Of a stretch of 64,000 nucleotides of DNA, positions 1 to 12,560 are shown piece after piece. The notes under the pieces were generated by a model. That model worked only from the letters and a program-made list of their open reading frames with translations. It ran no database searches and had not been told where the DNA came from. This DNA comes from Ginglymostoma cirratum (lineage: Eukaryota), in NCBI GenBank assembly GCA_024137785.1, contig JAHRHZ010000016.1, positions 37,381,404 to 37,445,403 on the forward strand, read 5' to 3'. Each line of letters opens with the position of its first letter. Within the stretch, counting starts at the first letter, position 1. Position numbers and translations under genes: made by a program.

Positions 1-39
1 ATGACAGAAGGTAAAAGGGAAATTACATAAATTTAATAT

Positions 40-1050
40 TTTTGATTTATTATTGTTACATGTACCAAAATACAATGAAAAGTATTATTTTGCATGCTAT
101 ATAGGAAAATCATATCTTACGTAAGTACATCAGGGTAATAGAACACAGTACAAAATACAGTGGTACAGGTACAGAGAAGGTGCAGAGAAAGATTAACTCT
201 AATATATGAGATGTCCGTTCATAAGTCTAAAAACAGGGTGGAAGAAGCTGTTCTTGAATCTGCTGATAAGGGTTTTCAAACTGTTATATCTTCTGCCCGA
301 TGGAAGGGGGTGGAGGAGAGTATAATTAGGATAGGAGGGGTCTTCATCATGTTGACTGCTTTCCTGAGGCGGCAGAAAGTGTAGACAGAGTCAATAGAAG
401 GAAAGCACGTTTTCATGGTGGTCTGCGCTGCATTCACAACTCTCTCTAACTTCATGCATTCTTGGGCAGAATAGTTGCCATGCCATCCTATGGTACATCC
501 AGATTGGATGCTTTCAATGGTGCATTGATTAAAAAAATTGGTAACTGTCATTGTGGACATGCTAATTTTCCTTAATCTTCTGTGGTGTGCTTCCTTGACT
601 GTAATGTCAACATGGATGGATCAGGGCAGATTGTTGGTGATATTTATTCCTAGGAACTTGAAGCTCTCATCCACCTCCACCTCAGTACCATTGATGCAGA
701 CAGGGACGTGTCCTCCACTCAGCTCCCTGGAGGCAATGACCATCCTCTTCATTTTGCTGACATAGAGGGAGAGGTCGTCTTTACATCATTCCACTCAGCT
801 ATCTCTTTCCTGTACTCTGTCTTGCTGTTGTTTGAGATCCCACTCACTGCAAAGGTATCATCAGCAAATTTGTAAATGGAACTGGGGCGGGATTTGGCCA
901 CACAGTCGTGAGTGTATAAGGAATAAAGTCAGGCCCCGAGTACACAGCCTTGTGGGTCATTGGTATTGAAGCTTATTGTGAAGGACGTGTTGTCACCTAT
1001 CCTTGCTGATTATGGTGTGGGGCTCAGGAAGTTAAGGATCCAATTGCAGA
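40..1050 (-). mobile_element. Rex1/Babar-like LINE, degenerate RT C-terminal part and 3' end
   Basis: Minus strand ~970-840 reads NTNDPQGCVLG / LYSLYTHDCVAKSRPSSIYKFADDT, the PQGCVL..LYSLYTHDC..KFADDT signature of Rex1/Babar RTs; frameshifted. Confidence 0.8.
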
Positions 1051-4000
1051 ATACGTTCTTGAGCTTACCTGTGTATATTAAAAATCTTACATCTGCACTC
1101 TTCCTTTCATCACAACCTTTCCCATTGTAAATTACTCCATGTTTACCATTTCAATGTTTCTGTTAATGTTCAGTATTGTTACTTGTTGACACCCTCAGCT
1201 GGTATGGGAAGTAAGCACTACTATTGACAATACACGGTATCACAAGCCAGCCAACTACCGAAGTGAGCTAGCTGAATGCCACACAATGTCAACGTTGTTC
1301 CTTGCTGAAGCCCAATTTTATCTTTTTCTGTGACTATCCCTCTGAGAAGACTCGTACTCAGGAAGGCAGGTTCATTTTATTCTGGCCTAGCTACACAGAT
1401 CATGGCTCTCTTCTCATTTATGATTGGTAAAACAATAAAGGAACAGTTTCTGTTCAGAGAATAGATCTACTCTTGAGAAATTTTCTCAATAATAATCTCA
1501 GGATTTTTTTTCTTCCGAATGCCTTTCAACTGGGTCAGAACTTCAGGCTTTGTTTGTAAGTACATATTGTCATTAAATAAAAGAAGCTAAAAGTGAAGAA
1601 CCTATAATTCACCTTAAACTGAAACTATAGTCCTGATTTTCACCATAGAGGAAAGCATCTCTGGTGTGACAAAAATGCCAGACATTCAGGATCCCAAGTC
1701 CCAACCTTTACCTAACGTGAGTCATTTTCACAAGGGCAGGATTGGGGGTGAGCCATTGTTCACATTTGCATTGTTCCTGGAGGTAGCTGACCATCTAAGT
1801 GACCAGCTGCCTTTTCTGAAATCAGATTTTGGAGTCCTTGGCGTCTGGAATGCAGAATGTGGAACCTAGACTGGCAAGACCAGGTCTATTTCCAGTGCAT
1901 TTCTTTTAGATAGCTAAGGATCCCTTTGAATAGCTAAGGTACACCTGCAGATACAGTACCAGGATACTTTAGGAGTAGTGGTCAGAAATGCTTTGGGTCG
2001 GGGAGGGTTCAGGGTTCAGTGTCTCTTTGGGAGGCTTGGACGCACCGTGAGACTATGAATTGTGGAGAAGATGGTGCATAAGTGCCTTGGAACTGTCCAA
2101 TTGTCAAGAATCTCAACAAGTGTCAAGAAAGCCAAGAGATGTCAACAGTGTTGAACTGTCAAGAAGTTTGAAAAGGAACTAGAAGTAGCAAACTGTTAAA
2201 TGTGACAACTGGTGTCAAGATGCATACTGTGGCCTGCAATATAGAAATTGAAGTCATGGAACTGTATTCTTTGTCTCCTACTTGCATGGGAACATGTGGA
2301 CACCAGGTTAGTTGGAGTGGTAGATGAAGGGGGAAAGGGTGGTGAGTGGAAGTAGACAATTGAGATTGGGGTGTTAGGGACCACTGGGATAGGTAGAGGG
2401 AATTAGGCTGCATGGGATGACTTGGAAGGGGCGCGGGAAGTGTATGCAGATGAGGTGGGGTGTGTGCGGTGAGGAGTATGTGAGTGATAGATAAGGGCTG
2501 GAAGAAGGTTTTATAGTCCTACTTTTTTGGAAAGTAGGTGGTCTTTGGCGCAGGTAACACTTGGATTGTGGAAGGTATGCATTTGCATTAAAAAATGCAT
2601 AAATTCTTTGGGACTAATAAAGTTGTCAAGAAAATCTCCAAAAAAGGAGTTTAAAAAGGACAGTGTCAGCTACTTCAGATGATTAATTTCAAGCTATCGT
2701 TTTAACAGTGGAATGGGTATTGATGGACAGATCTAATGCTTATTGAATTGAAATATTTGTTTACATAATAGATTAAGCACTCACATGAAATACTTATTTG
2801 TATAAATAAATCATTGAGCACTTGCATCAAATATATGTTTCTATAAGGGATCAGTTGATTTAGTTGGGATTTGTTTATTTTTGTATCAGTGAGTGAGTGT
2901 TTGTTTTTCGTTACTGCCATCCTCAATGGGCTGGTTACTTTATTTTCTACCCGAATGTCTCTTGAATTGTGTCATGACTGGACAAGGAAAGGTAAACGTT
3001 GGTGGCTAGGGAATATGAGTTGGCTCTGAGTTAGTATAGTTGTTAAGATGGTTCATGGAGATGAGCGATGTCACACAGGATATGAAGAACCATGATGGGG
3101 GTGGGGTGGGGGTACTGAGATTTTGGAATGGATTGACATGGAGAATGAAGAATGAGAGCAAGATTATGCTTAAATTTTTATTTTTAAACTTTGAAAACAG
3201 CACTGAGCCCCAAAGCAGCTTTCCACCCAGGCTGCCTCAGGAACTCAGCAGCTTCTTAAACTGGCCCCATGCCCAATACAGCCCCAGCTTTCCCTCTGCC
3301 CTTTTGGGTTGAAAGTTACGCCATTTATAAACGCTGGGTTCACAACTGGAAACTCTGCTGACTATGTACACCCAACCAGCGGATGAAAATTGGAGTATTA
3401 AGTTCAATGTTTTAGCCCTCAATATGACACATAATGGATGCCACAAGCTGCACAATTATTTACAGGGTAAATTCGTATTTTGTGGTGCTTTGTTTCATAC
3501 TAATTACTCATAGATTGTTTGAGAGAATGTTGAGTCTTCAGAACTTCTCAGTTATGTCTTTAGAAAAACATGCTGCCAGCAAGTTACTTTCTACTATTTA
3601 ATGTAAGCATTTCAATCATTTGACAAAGATTAGTAAAACAATAATATTGGTTATTTGTGAGATGATAGAACTATACTCTAACGATGGTCCTGCTATATGC
3701 TGAATGCAGAGTCACAGGACATTGACATCAAATCCTCTGTCAGTGGTAGCCATTGAGTACTGCTCCTTAAAAGAACATATGCATCATATGACACCATCCT
3801 CCTATTCATTGCTGGTAGACATCAGAGCTCTGAAATTCCTAATGTTCCTAAAGCTGATACAGGACTTGCTCGCTCAGCACCCTCAAATGTTACTCCCTAT
3901 CCTACTTTAAAATTGTAGTAAATGGAAATAGTCTTCACTTGTGTAAAGGGCAGTTAACCATTTCACTTGCAACTTGAATGTTACCTATCCCATTTGCCTG

Positions 4001-4359
4001 CCCTCCTGTTAGGGAAGGGAGGAGGTTTGTCCAAACTGCTTCTCACCCACAAGGTAATTATTGTAATCAGGGATCAGCAAGGAAAGTGATCTTTGAATTA
4101 TATTTGCAATGATTAAGGTCCCATGTTTTGTCCCAAGAAACAACCCTGCAAAGAATATATGTATACAAAACTGCTCATATACAATGTTCATAAATTGATG
4201 CACAGAGTTATGTAATTCAGTCAAAGCTGAAATAAAAATTTTATCACAGTCCTTCAACTGCTTCACAATGGTTTGACAGCAACTATCTTGAGCGGGAGGG
4301 CTGAAGCAGTCACCTTCAAAGTCTGCATTAATGTGAAGCAAGCCTGTATGGTAGCTGGG

Positions 4360-4555
4360 GAGGTGATGTCCTCATGTTATTATTGCTGGACTGTTAATCC
4401 AGAGATCCAAATAATGTTCTGGGGACCTGGGTTTGAATCCCGCTATGGCAGATAGTGGAATTTGAATTCAATTTTTAAAAAAATCTGGAGTTAAAAGTCT
4501 AATGGTGACCATGAATCTATTGTCAACTGTCAGAAAAACATCTGGTTCACTAAAT
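4360..4555 (+). mobile_element. tRNA-derived SINE, 5' part, cut off by a PLE-derived element
   Basis: B-box-like GGGTTTGAATCCC then GCAGATAGTGGAATTTGAATTCAA..AAAATCTGGA, also seen in the copy at 7735-8060. Confidence 0.65.
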
Positions 4556-4670
4556 AATAACCGAAAGAACTGCAGATGTTGTAAATCAGGAACAAAAGTG
4601 AAGTTGCTGGAGAAGCTCAGCAGGTCTGGCAGCATCTGTGAAGGAGAAAACGGAGTTAACATTTCGGGTC
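4556..4670 (-). mobile_element. PLE terminal-repeat fragment (family B) running into an assembly gap
   Basis: GAACTGCAGATG..AAGCTCAGCAGGTCTGGCAGCATCTGTG..GTTAACATTTCGGGTC, similar to 22776-22880. Confidence 0.7.
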
Positions 4671-5070
4671 NNNNNNNNNNNNNNNNNNNNNNNNNNNNNN
4701 NNNNNNNNNNNNNNNNNNNNNNNNNNNNNNNNNNNNNNNNNNNNNNNNNNNNNNNNNNNNNNNNNNNNNNNNNNNNNNNNNNNNNNNNNNNNNNNNNNNN
4801 NNNNNNNNNNNNNNNNNNNNNNNNNNNNNNNNNNNNNNNNNNNNNNNNNNNNNNNNNNNNNNNNNNNNNNNNNNNNNNNNNNNNNNNNNNNNNNNNNNNN
4901 NNNNNNNNNNNNNNNNNNNNNNNNNNNNNNNNNNNNNNNNNNNNNNNNNNNNNNNNNNNNNNNNNNNNNNNNNNNNNNNNNNNNNNNNNNNNNNNNNNNN
5001 NNNNNNNNNNNNNNNNNNNNNNNNNNNNNNNNNNNNNNNNNNNNNNNNNNNNNNNNNNNNNNNNNNNNNN
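4671..5070. other. Assembly gap (400 N)
   Basis: Run of N. Confidence 1.
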
Positions 5071-5133
5071 TTCATCCAGCCCCACGCCTTGTTATCTCGG
5101 ATTCTCCAGCATCTGCAGTACCTTTTATCTCTC
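5071..5133 (+). mobile_element. PLE terminal-repeat fragment (family A), 3' end
   Basis: TTCATCCAGCCCCACGCCTTGTTATCTCGGATTCTCCAGCATCTGCAGTACC, near-identical to 39130-39190. Confidence 0.85.
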
Positions 5134-5249
5134 CCCAAAGACCAGCTGTCCTCTGGTTTGTGTACTAAATACTGCCTGATTGAAAAGTCTTTAATCTCAG
5201 TTGGATCCATGCCAAAACTTAAATGACCACCATAGACATATTAATGCAG

Positions 5250-6230
5250 TGTTATTGTCCACTCTGTACCAGATTTGCAAACTGTTCTCAATCTCTTCAA
5301 TTATGAAGGTACAAGACTCAACCCATCCTTTGAATGTTTCCAAACGAACCTCATTAATTAGCCTCCACCTGGTCAGCCAATCATTCCACCTTGCAAATAT
5401 GTTGAAGGAAAGATTATGGAATTTATTGAACATTGCCATAATATGAGAGGCAACTTTCCCAAAAGATCACCATGACAAGAAGATCCAGCACTGAATCAAC
5501 TATCCCAGTTCTGTCTTCTACAAGCTAAGACAGTAAGTGCTTGACTCAAAGACCGATGACAGTCAACAAAAGACATAGTGAACAAAGCAGTTATCATCAC
5601 CATGTTCCTGTACTGAAATCCTGGACCATGAACTTTATCAGTGAAGTAGATGAACACCAATGAAATTCCACCAGCAATGCCTTAGCCACGTCGTCCTGAT
5701 TCAACACAAGGACTGTGGAACAAATGCTCATGCCCTTCTCGAAGGCAGCTCAACAAGCATTCAGGCAAAACTTCTACGAAACCAACTACAATGGACGCTG
5801 TAACCCAATGGCTGAAAAATGGCTCTCCTGCCTGGTCCTGTTTTCTCAAATTTCAAATGGCCAATGTTTTCAGGAAGAACAAAGAAGCTCTACAAATAGT
5901 CTTTGAAGTGCTCCTTGAAAGGTAGCAGCATTGATATTAATGATTGGGAGGCGCTTGTGGCTTACTCAAAATGCTGACAACTTGTCCATTACGCTGCATT
6001 GTGCTTTGAGTCCAGAGCACAGCTTTCAAACAAAGCAGAGACAGAGAAGTAAAGAAAAACACAGGAAGCAAATCCTGCACTTTGAATAACACTACTTCTT
6101 GATTGTTCTGCTCCAAGTGCCCAATGATCTGCAGACTGAGCATCAAACTATTGTCACAGGAATACCCATAGAAGAAATCCATAACCATGAATAGATATCA
6201 TCCTGGAATTGAGGGACAGCTAATAATGAC
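5250..6230 (+). mobile_element. Highly degenerate RTE-clade LINE 3' region
   Basis: Decayed similarity to the RTE copies at 11500-12550 and 51620-52200 (ESWT-like and G.QR..YK..LK.SLK-like segments). Confidence 0.5.
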
Positions 6231-7521
6231 AAAAAACACCCCGAGCTGCCATGTAATAAAGTAGAATGTGTCTTTTCCAGTCACTGGAAACCAGCAGTTT
6301 TTATGCCAAATCTTACTTAGTACAAACATTCCTTTTGTTATTGTTTGACTCTCATGAGCAATGCCATGGGAAATCTGCGAGCTTATAATACATTTTTATT
6401 AATTTAACTAACCTTTTGATGAAATGGGAAGTGAAAACAAAAATTTAGGACTTTTTTTTGGAATAGTGCTTTATTTTATGTTGGCTCTTGCAGGTAGGAG
6501 TTTATTTACAGCAGCAAGTAATGTTAAAAAAATTAATAAGTCCTCAACTATGAGAAATAAAAATGGGTATCAAATTTCATTATATGTTTAGCAGCCTAAG
6601 GGTTGATTTTCATGCATAATGAATAGAAAATGCATAATGTATAAATGACTATCACACATCTTAATGTCTGCTAATGTTTCTTTTCCTGACACCAGCTACA
6701 TGGCTCAATAATTCTCAGGCCATCTGTAGAAACACATTTATAAAGCAATGCATTGAACAACCTATTACTTTACATTTCTTGTCATATTTGATGAACATTG
6801 CATAAACTTGTACGAACATTTACATTACCAATAAGTATTAAAAGCAATATTATTAGATGGTTGGTTGCTTTTCAACTTAATCAGAAACTTGGAAAAGAAG
6901 GCCCAGAAAATAATGAAACCACTTTTCCCAGGCTACATCTAAATGTGTGGCCTCTTGTCCTGTGGTCATCTGATATCTTCACCCTGCTAGAAAACATCCG
7001 TTATCTCAAATCAACATACTTCAGCATGATTACTATTAAACACAAATGTAGTGCATTGAGGAGAATGACTGGTGCACAATTAAAAGACAAGAAATGGTGC
7101 ATATTGCAGCAGAAAGCTTAGAGAGCAGTAAGTAAGTAGTCACTTCTATCAAATAGTGCTAACAAATGGTATGGAAGGATGACTGAACAAATGTGTATCA
7201 GTCAAAGTTTGGTGAGGCTTCTTATCTGAGCAAAGGGATCCCCATTTCAGAACATCCCCTTCCAAAGCGACTTTTCCTGAAGCAGAAACTTCAACAGTCC
7301 ATCAAGATGTTCCTTACCAGTTGAGCCCGAGTGTGGAGACTCAGGAGTTGTAAGGGTTGAGAGAGACAAGGAGTTAGATGATGTGTGGTGTGGTGGTAGG
7401 GTGGTTGGTATGGATTACAATGAGGTGCTTGGATTTTAGACTGATTGTGTTAATAAAAGAAAGATGTTTCTGTAATAGCAAAGCTCTGTTACAATGGCTA
7501 ATGTCACAATTTGTGACAAGG

Positions 7522-7665
7522 AGTTCTGAAGAAGGGTCACTGGACCTAAAGCATTAACTCGGATTTCTCTGCACAGCTGCTGCCAGACCTTCTGAGTTAG
7601 TTTTTCCATCAATTTTTGTTTTTGTTTTTATTTCTGATTTCTAGCATCTACAGTTCTTTTGGTTT
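7522..7665 (+). mobile_element. PLE terminal-repeat fragment (family B) with decayed hammerhead motif
   Basis: GTTCTGAAGAAGGGTCACTGGACCTAAAGCATTAAC..GCTGCCAGACCT..AGCATCTACAGTTCTTT. Confidence 0.7.
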
Positions 7666-7734
7666 CCTATGTCATACTTTATGGCTGCATCAGCTAAGGG
7701 AGCAAAGTGTTGGAATAAATCAAAATATGGAGAG

Positions 7735-8065
7735 CTGGTGGCAGAGTGGTAATGTAATTTGTCGATTAATTCTGAACCCCAGACCAATGAGTGAGACATG
7801 AGTTAGAATTCATCATGGCAGATGATGAAATTTGAATTCAATAAAAATCTGGAATACAACAGTTGGTCTAATGGTAATGTAACCACTGACAACTGTCATT
7901 TAAAATCCATCTGGTTTACTCATGTTCTTTATGGAAGAAGCTCCATCATCCTTAACTGGTGTGGCCTTTACATCACTCCAGACCTACAGCAAGATGGTTG
8001 TCTCTTATCTGGTCTCCAACCAATAAATGCTCACCAGGCCAGCATCAACTACATCAAATGAATAA
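7735..8065 (+). mobile_element. tRNA-derived SINE with L2-like 3' tail
   Basis: A-box-like TGGTGGCAGAGTGGTAATG; body shared with 4360-4555; tail AATAAATGCT..GCCAGC..CATC..ATGAAT resembles the LINE tails at 18850 and 38470. Confidence 0.7.
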
Positions 8066-8269
8066 ATAATACAAAACAAAAGCATAAGAATTTTTGAATC
8101 CAATTTACAGATTTTTGGAGTTAAAATGCAACTAAGGAGAGAAGAGAAGTTAAGGGTAATGGGACAAAATCTCAAAAGTACCATATACCATGAACAGGAG
8201 GAATGTGAAGTGGAGCTGAGTGCCACTTCTCTCATCCTAGAATTGCTAACTTGCATCAGAACAGGAATA

Positions 8270-8420
8270 GGCCATTCAGTCCTTCAAGCTTGTTCCAGCA
8301 TTCAATGAGATCATGGTTAATCTGTGGCCTAACTCCACATACCTATCATTTGGCCTACATTCCTTTATATGTTTTACTTATTAAAAATCCACCTATCAGA
8401 TTTTAAATTAACAACCTTGT
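8270..8420 (-). mobile_element. CR1 LINE 3' tail fragment
   Basis: GAACAGGAATAGGCCATTCAG..CAGCATTCAATGAGATCATGG is the reverse complement of the CR1 tail type at ~44000-44050. Confidence 0.6.
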
Positions 8421-9255
8421 AAAAGATGTGATGAAAAAGACGTATGGTCCTTTTCTCTCATTTTGAAAGGGACAGGATAAAGTTAAAGAACACATGTCTT
8501 AACCCTGAGTATAATCTGACCATATAGAGGGAGCGTGCTTGTGTGAACACCATGAACTTAATTTTCAGGGCACCCCCTATTATCTGAAATGTAGAGGGGG
8601 GGCCCTAAAAATACTGGAGCCTGGCAGTTTGTCAGTTTCAAGAAGGAGATCCTGGGGCTATCAATAACCATATGGGTGGAGAGGGGCATGTAGGGCAGAA
8701 ATCCCACGCTCCTCCCAACTGAGGTCAATCTAACTTAGTTAAAAAAGAACTTGTTTTACCTCTCATTGAAGGGTTGAGAATGTGTGTATGTGAAATATTT
8801 TAAAGGATTCAGTAGTTTCACAAGACGTCCATTTTTAAACAGCTCAATTGAAGTGAGCATACTGTCCCAGGAGATACCCTGGCCTCGAGAACAGATGAGG
8901 TGGACTGGCCACTTTATAAGGGGATGCCAAATGGCACTGTATAGGTGGTAGAAGAAGTGAACCTACACTTTGGAAATAATCCTGTATGACGTAGCCAGAA
9001 AAAGGGACTGAAATGACCAGGTACAATTGGATAACTAACTGCACAGAAAAAAAGTTTCAACTGGAAACAGAGGCATTTCAATTAGATTTTGGGTTGAGTG
9101 GTAATAAGGAATAACATACTTCACAAGAATGGCAGAACTCTGTGTGTCTAGGGAGTATGGAAGAAGAGTGAAAGGCAGCAAGGTAATAGAGGCCAAACAT
9201 TCAAGATGGGATTGACTGTTGAAGTGCAAGCTGCTTGGCAATGACCAAGAACAAC

Positions 9256-9540
9256 TCATAGAATCATAGAATCTCTACAGTGAGGAAAAAGACTATTTGG
9301 CACATCAAGTTTGCACCAACCCTCCGAAGACTCTCCAAGCAGACCCAGCTCCAGCCCCCACCCTGTCCCTGTAACCCTGCATTTCCCATGGCTAATCCAC
9401 CTGGCCTGCACATCCCTGGATAGTACGGACAATTTAGCATGGCCAATCCACCTAGCCTGCACATCTTCGGACTGTGGGAGCAAACCGGAACATGCAGAGG
9501 AAACCCTTGCAGGCATGTGGAGAATGTGCAAACTGCACAC
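9256..9540 (-). mobile_element. HE1-like V-SINE, 5'-truncated
   Basis: (CATAGAAT)2 tail, CCCTGTAACCCTGCATTTCCCATGGCTAATCCACCT, duplicated GCCTGCACATC block, GGAGAATGTGCAAACT; matches other copies in the window. Confidence 0.85.
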
Positions 9541-10649
9541 AATTTTTTCTGCTATTTACTTGTTCCCCATTGTAATTTCATAGAATCATAGAATCCCTAC
9601 AGTACAAAAAGTGCCCATTCAAACCATCGAATATGCACAGACCCTAAACTGCCACACATCAATGCAACTCACCAGGGAGATAAATGGACACAAATATCTA
9701 CCTACACATTATCAAAGTTCGCACACCTTTCATTACTATTGTTATTAATGCTGCTTCAGCATGTATTAAATGCACCATCTACTTTGGGTAGTACAGCAAC
9801 ATTGTTAACCTTGGGTTACTATCCAAGAATTTAAGCTATTTTGACTCAGCTACTTACTATTTTTTTAAGAGGACTTATAATGTCTAATAGTTTAAGACTG
9901 GATTTTCACTTTGGTGTATCATACAACAAGCCACCATCACCTGTATTAATTAAGAAAAGAATCAGAATTAATAGCAATTATAATTGCAGAGAACAAAGTA
10001 TGCATTGTAAAGATGAATCAGAATAAGCAATACCAGCTTAATCCCTGGTTAAAACCTAATGAGTAATTGTAATTGTCCTGAATTTCAAACAACATGTGGG
10101 ACTTTAAGTCAGTTATATGTCAATTTGAAAATTAATAGATTAATGATTTGCTTCTGGAAAACAAATGACCAAATTAATGAAAAAAAAATTGTTAATTAAG
10201 TTAATAGTAATTATTTGAATTAAAATACACTGTATCTAGGGTTTGAATATGTGCTAAGAAGAACTAAATAGAATAGCACAGGACTTTTTGAGACCTTGGC
10301 AGGTTGCCAAACACTGGACAGAGTCAGATGGGAAGGCGCTTCAAACCATACAAAATCATGAAACAAAATAGTATTAGCAAAATGATTCATGTGGCATTTG
10401 TGGACATACAATGAAGAAGACAGCCTGTCTCTTTCTGCCACAAAGCCAACATATAAAGCAACACATAAGCTCCCCAGAGTTAAGCTAAAGATATTTTAAA
10501 GAAATGCTACTGGGTTGTGAGCATAGTTTGCTTGAAATCTATGTGGTTGAATATCCAATTTGTTTTTATGGTGCATTTGAACAGTGTGAATAACCAGTCA
10601 TATCATAATTACTTTTGATATTTTATTTGCTTCTTTATTATTTTTGTGG

Positions 10650-12560
10650 AGTTACACGAGTCAATGATGAATTGAGAAAGCTAAGGAGCTGCAATTCCTT
10701 ACTGACAAGCATGGCACCTGGATTTTCTTCAGTGCCACTGAGACCAATATATGGACCCAACTCCTTGACCCCAGTCCAATGTGGAGTAAGAATGATACCC
10801 TTTTGAGAGACAGACAATGTCAGCCTCCAACAGAGAGAACACTTCAAAGAGATCCTGAACCATAATGCAGTCATCGGCCAGGATATGGTTGAGGAAATCC
10901 AGTGAAGATTTTCAAACTTGGAGGAGTAGGATTTACCTGTCATCTCCATCAAATCTTCCTGCCAACTCTTGGATGCTGCCATGACCACTATCTTCAAGAG
11001 AAGAGACAAGTGGACTGTGGGAGTTACTGAGGAATCTCCCTGTTCTCCATCACCAAGAACATCATCACCTGAATTCTCACCAGGCGCATTCTCGTACTCT
11101 CGGAAGAAATCCTTCCTGAAAGCCTGTGTGACCTCTGACCAACCTGTGGGTTTTCACTGTTTGCTATCTTCAAGAGAAGTTGCAAGGAGCAGCACCAACC
11201 ACTCTGCGTTGCATTCATCGACCTGATCTTGGCTTTGACTCTGTCAGTAAGGAAGTGCTCTGGAAGATTCCATCAGAGTCTGCCTGTCCAGTGAAATTCA
11301 TCAACATCCTCTGGCTCCTCTATGACAAGATGTCAGTGCTGGTCTTCACTGAAAATAATGTGACAATATTTTGAGGTTGAGACAGGATTCAAGCCTGAAT
11401 TTGTCATGGCTCCCACCCTTTTCTCTATCTTCATTGTTGCTGTCCTTCACTTAGTCAAGAACAAGCTTCCCAGTGGTGTTGATGTTGTCCACAGGATGGA
11501 CAAAAAATTTTTCAACCTCAACCAGTGAAATCCAAGAAGAAAATGAAACTGACCTTGCTTGTGGAACTTCAGAATACAGATGACAGTCTTTAAGCTTCAC
11601 TTAATGCCTTTGTGGAAGCTTACTGAAAAATTGGTCTCAGCCTGAAGTTCAAGAACATTCAAATCCTTTACCAACCTGTGCCAGGTCAAGTTTCAGTCCA
11701 TTCCTCCATTAAGATCAACAGAGCAATTCTCCCAAATGTAGAATATTTCTAATACCTAAGAAACCAACACTCATTTAATGCTGACATCGATGTGGAAGTT
11801 CACTGTAACATCTAATTCACAATTGCCACTTTCAGATGCCTAAGGATGAGAGTCTTTGATGACAGCAGCATCTGTGCTGATACTAGGTTTCTAGTATATA
11901 AGACAATCAGCCATCCAACTCTTCTATATGGCTCCAAAACTTGGACTACATATAGACACCACCTTAAGGTCCTTGAGAGGTACCATCCATTATGTTTGAA
12001 ATGGATACTCTGCATCAGTTGAAAGACAGGCACACTGATATCAATATCCTTGAAATAGCCAACGGATCAGCATCAATGCCAAGATCATCCAAAACTAACT
12101 CTACTGAACCAGCCACATACTTAGGATGCCTGAGTTCTGCATATCAAAGTAAATCTTATTTGCCCAGCTCAAAGGAGGCCCTCAAACAAAAGGGAGACAA
12201 AGGAAATGTTTTTAAGACTCTCTGAAGGCTTCCCTTAAGAAGCGCAACATGGATGTCAATGTGTGAGAGACCTTTGTTCAGAAAAACATGACTAGGGGGA
12301 AACTCTGGTATGAAAGGACATAATTCTTTGCGAACAACCAAAGGTGACAAGAGGAAGTACAGAGAAGGAATCAGAGAAAGGAATGCCTGCGATCTCGAGG
12401 CCAAGGACCAATTCCACCTCCTGCAAACACCTACAAAATATACTGTTGGAGACTTGGCTCAAAGATCAAGCTCATCAGCCACACAAAGACCCACAGAGAG
12501 TCCATGACCAGTGACACAGAATTTCCCTGGTGGGCAATCATTCTTGTTAGCGAGTGATTG
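10650..12560 (+). mobile_element. RTE-clade LINE, degenerate RT and 3' end
   Basis: Remnants of CP.KFINIL.LLYD, VMAPTLFSIF, G..FNL, ELQ(Y)TDD, LLYGSKTWT.YR; many stops and frameshifts. Confidence 0.85.

Noticed and set aside
2092-2222. CRISPR-like array
   Set aside because: Repeat only 6-8 bp, irregular spacing, eukaryotic context, no cas genes
4468-5210. Long ORFs containing X runs (also at 17194-17949 and 38540-39331)
   Set aside because: Artefacts of translating through N gaps
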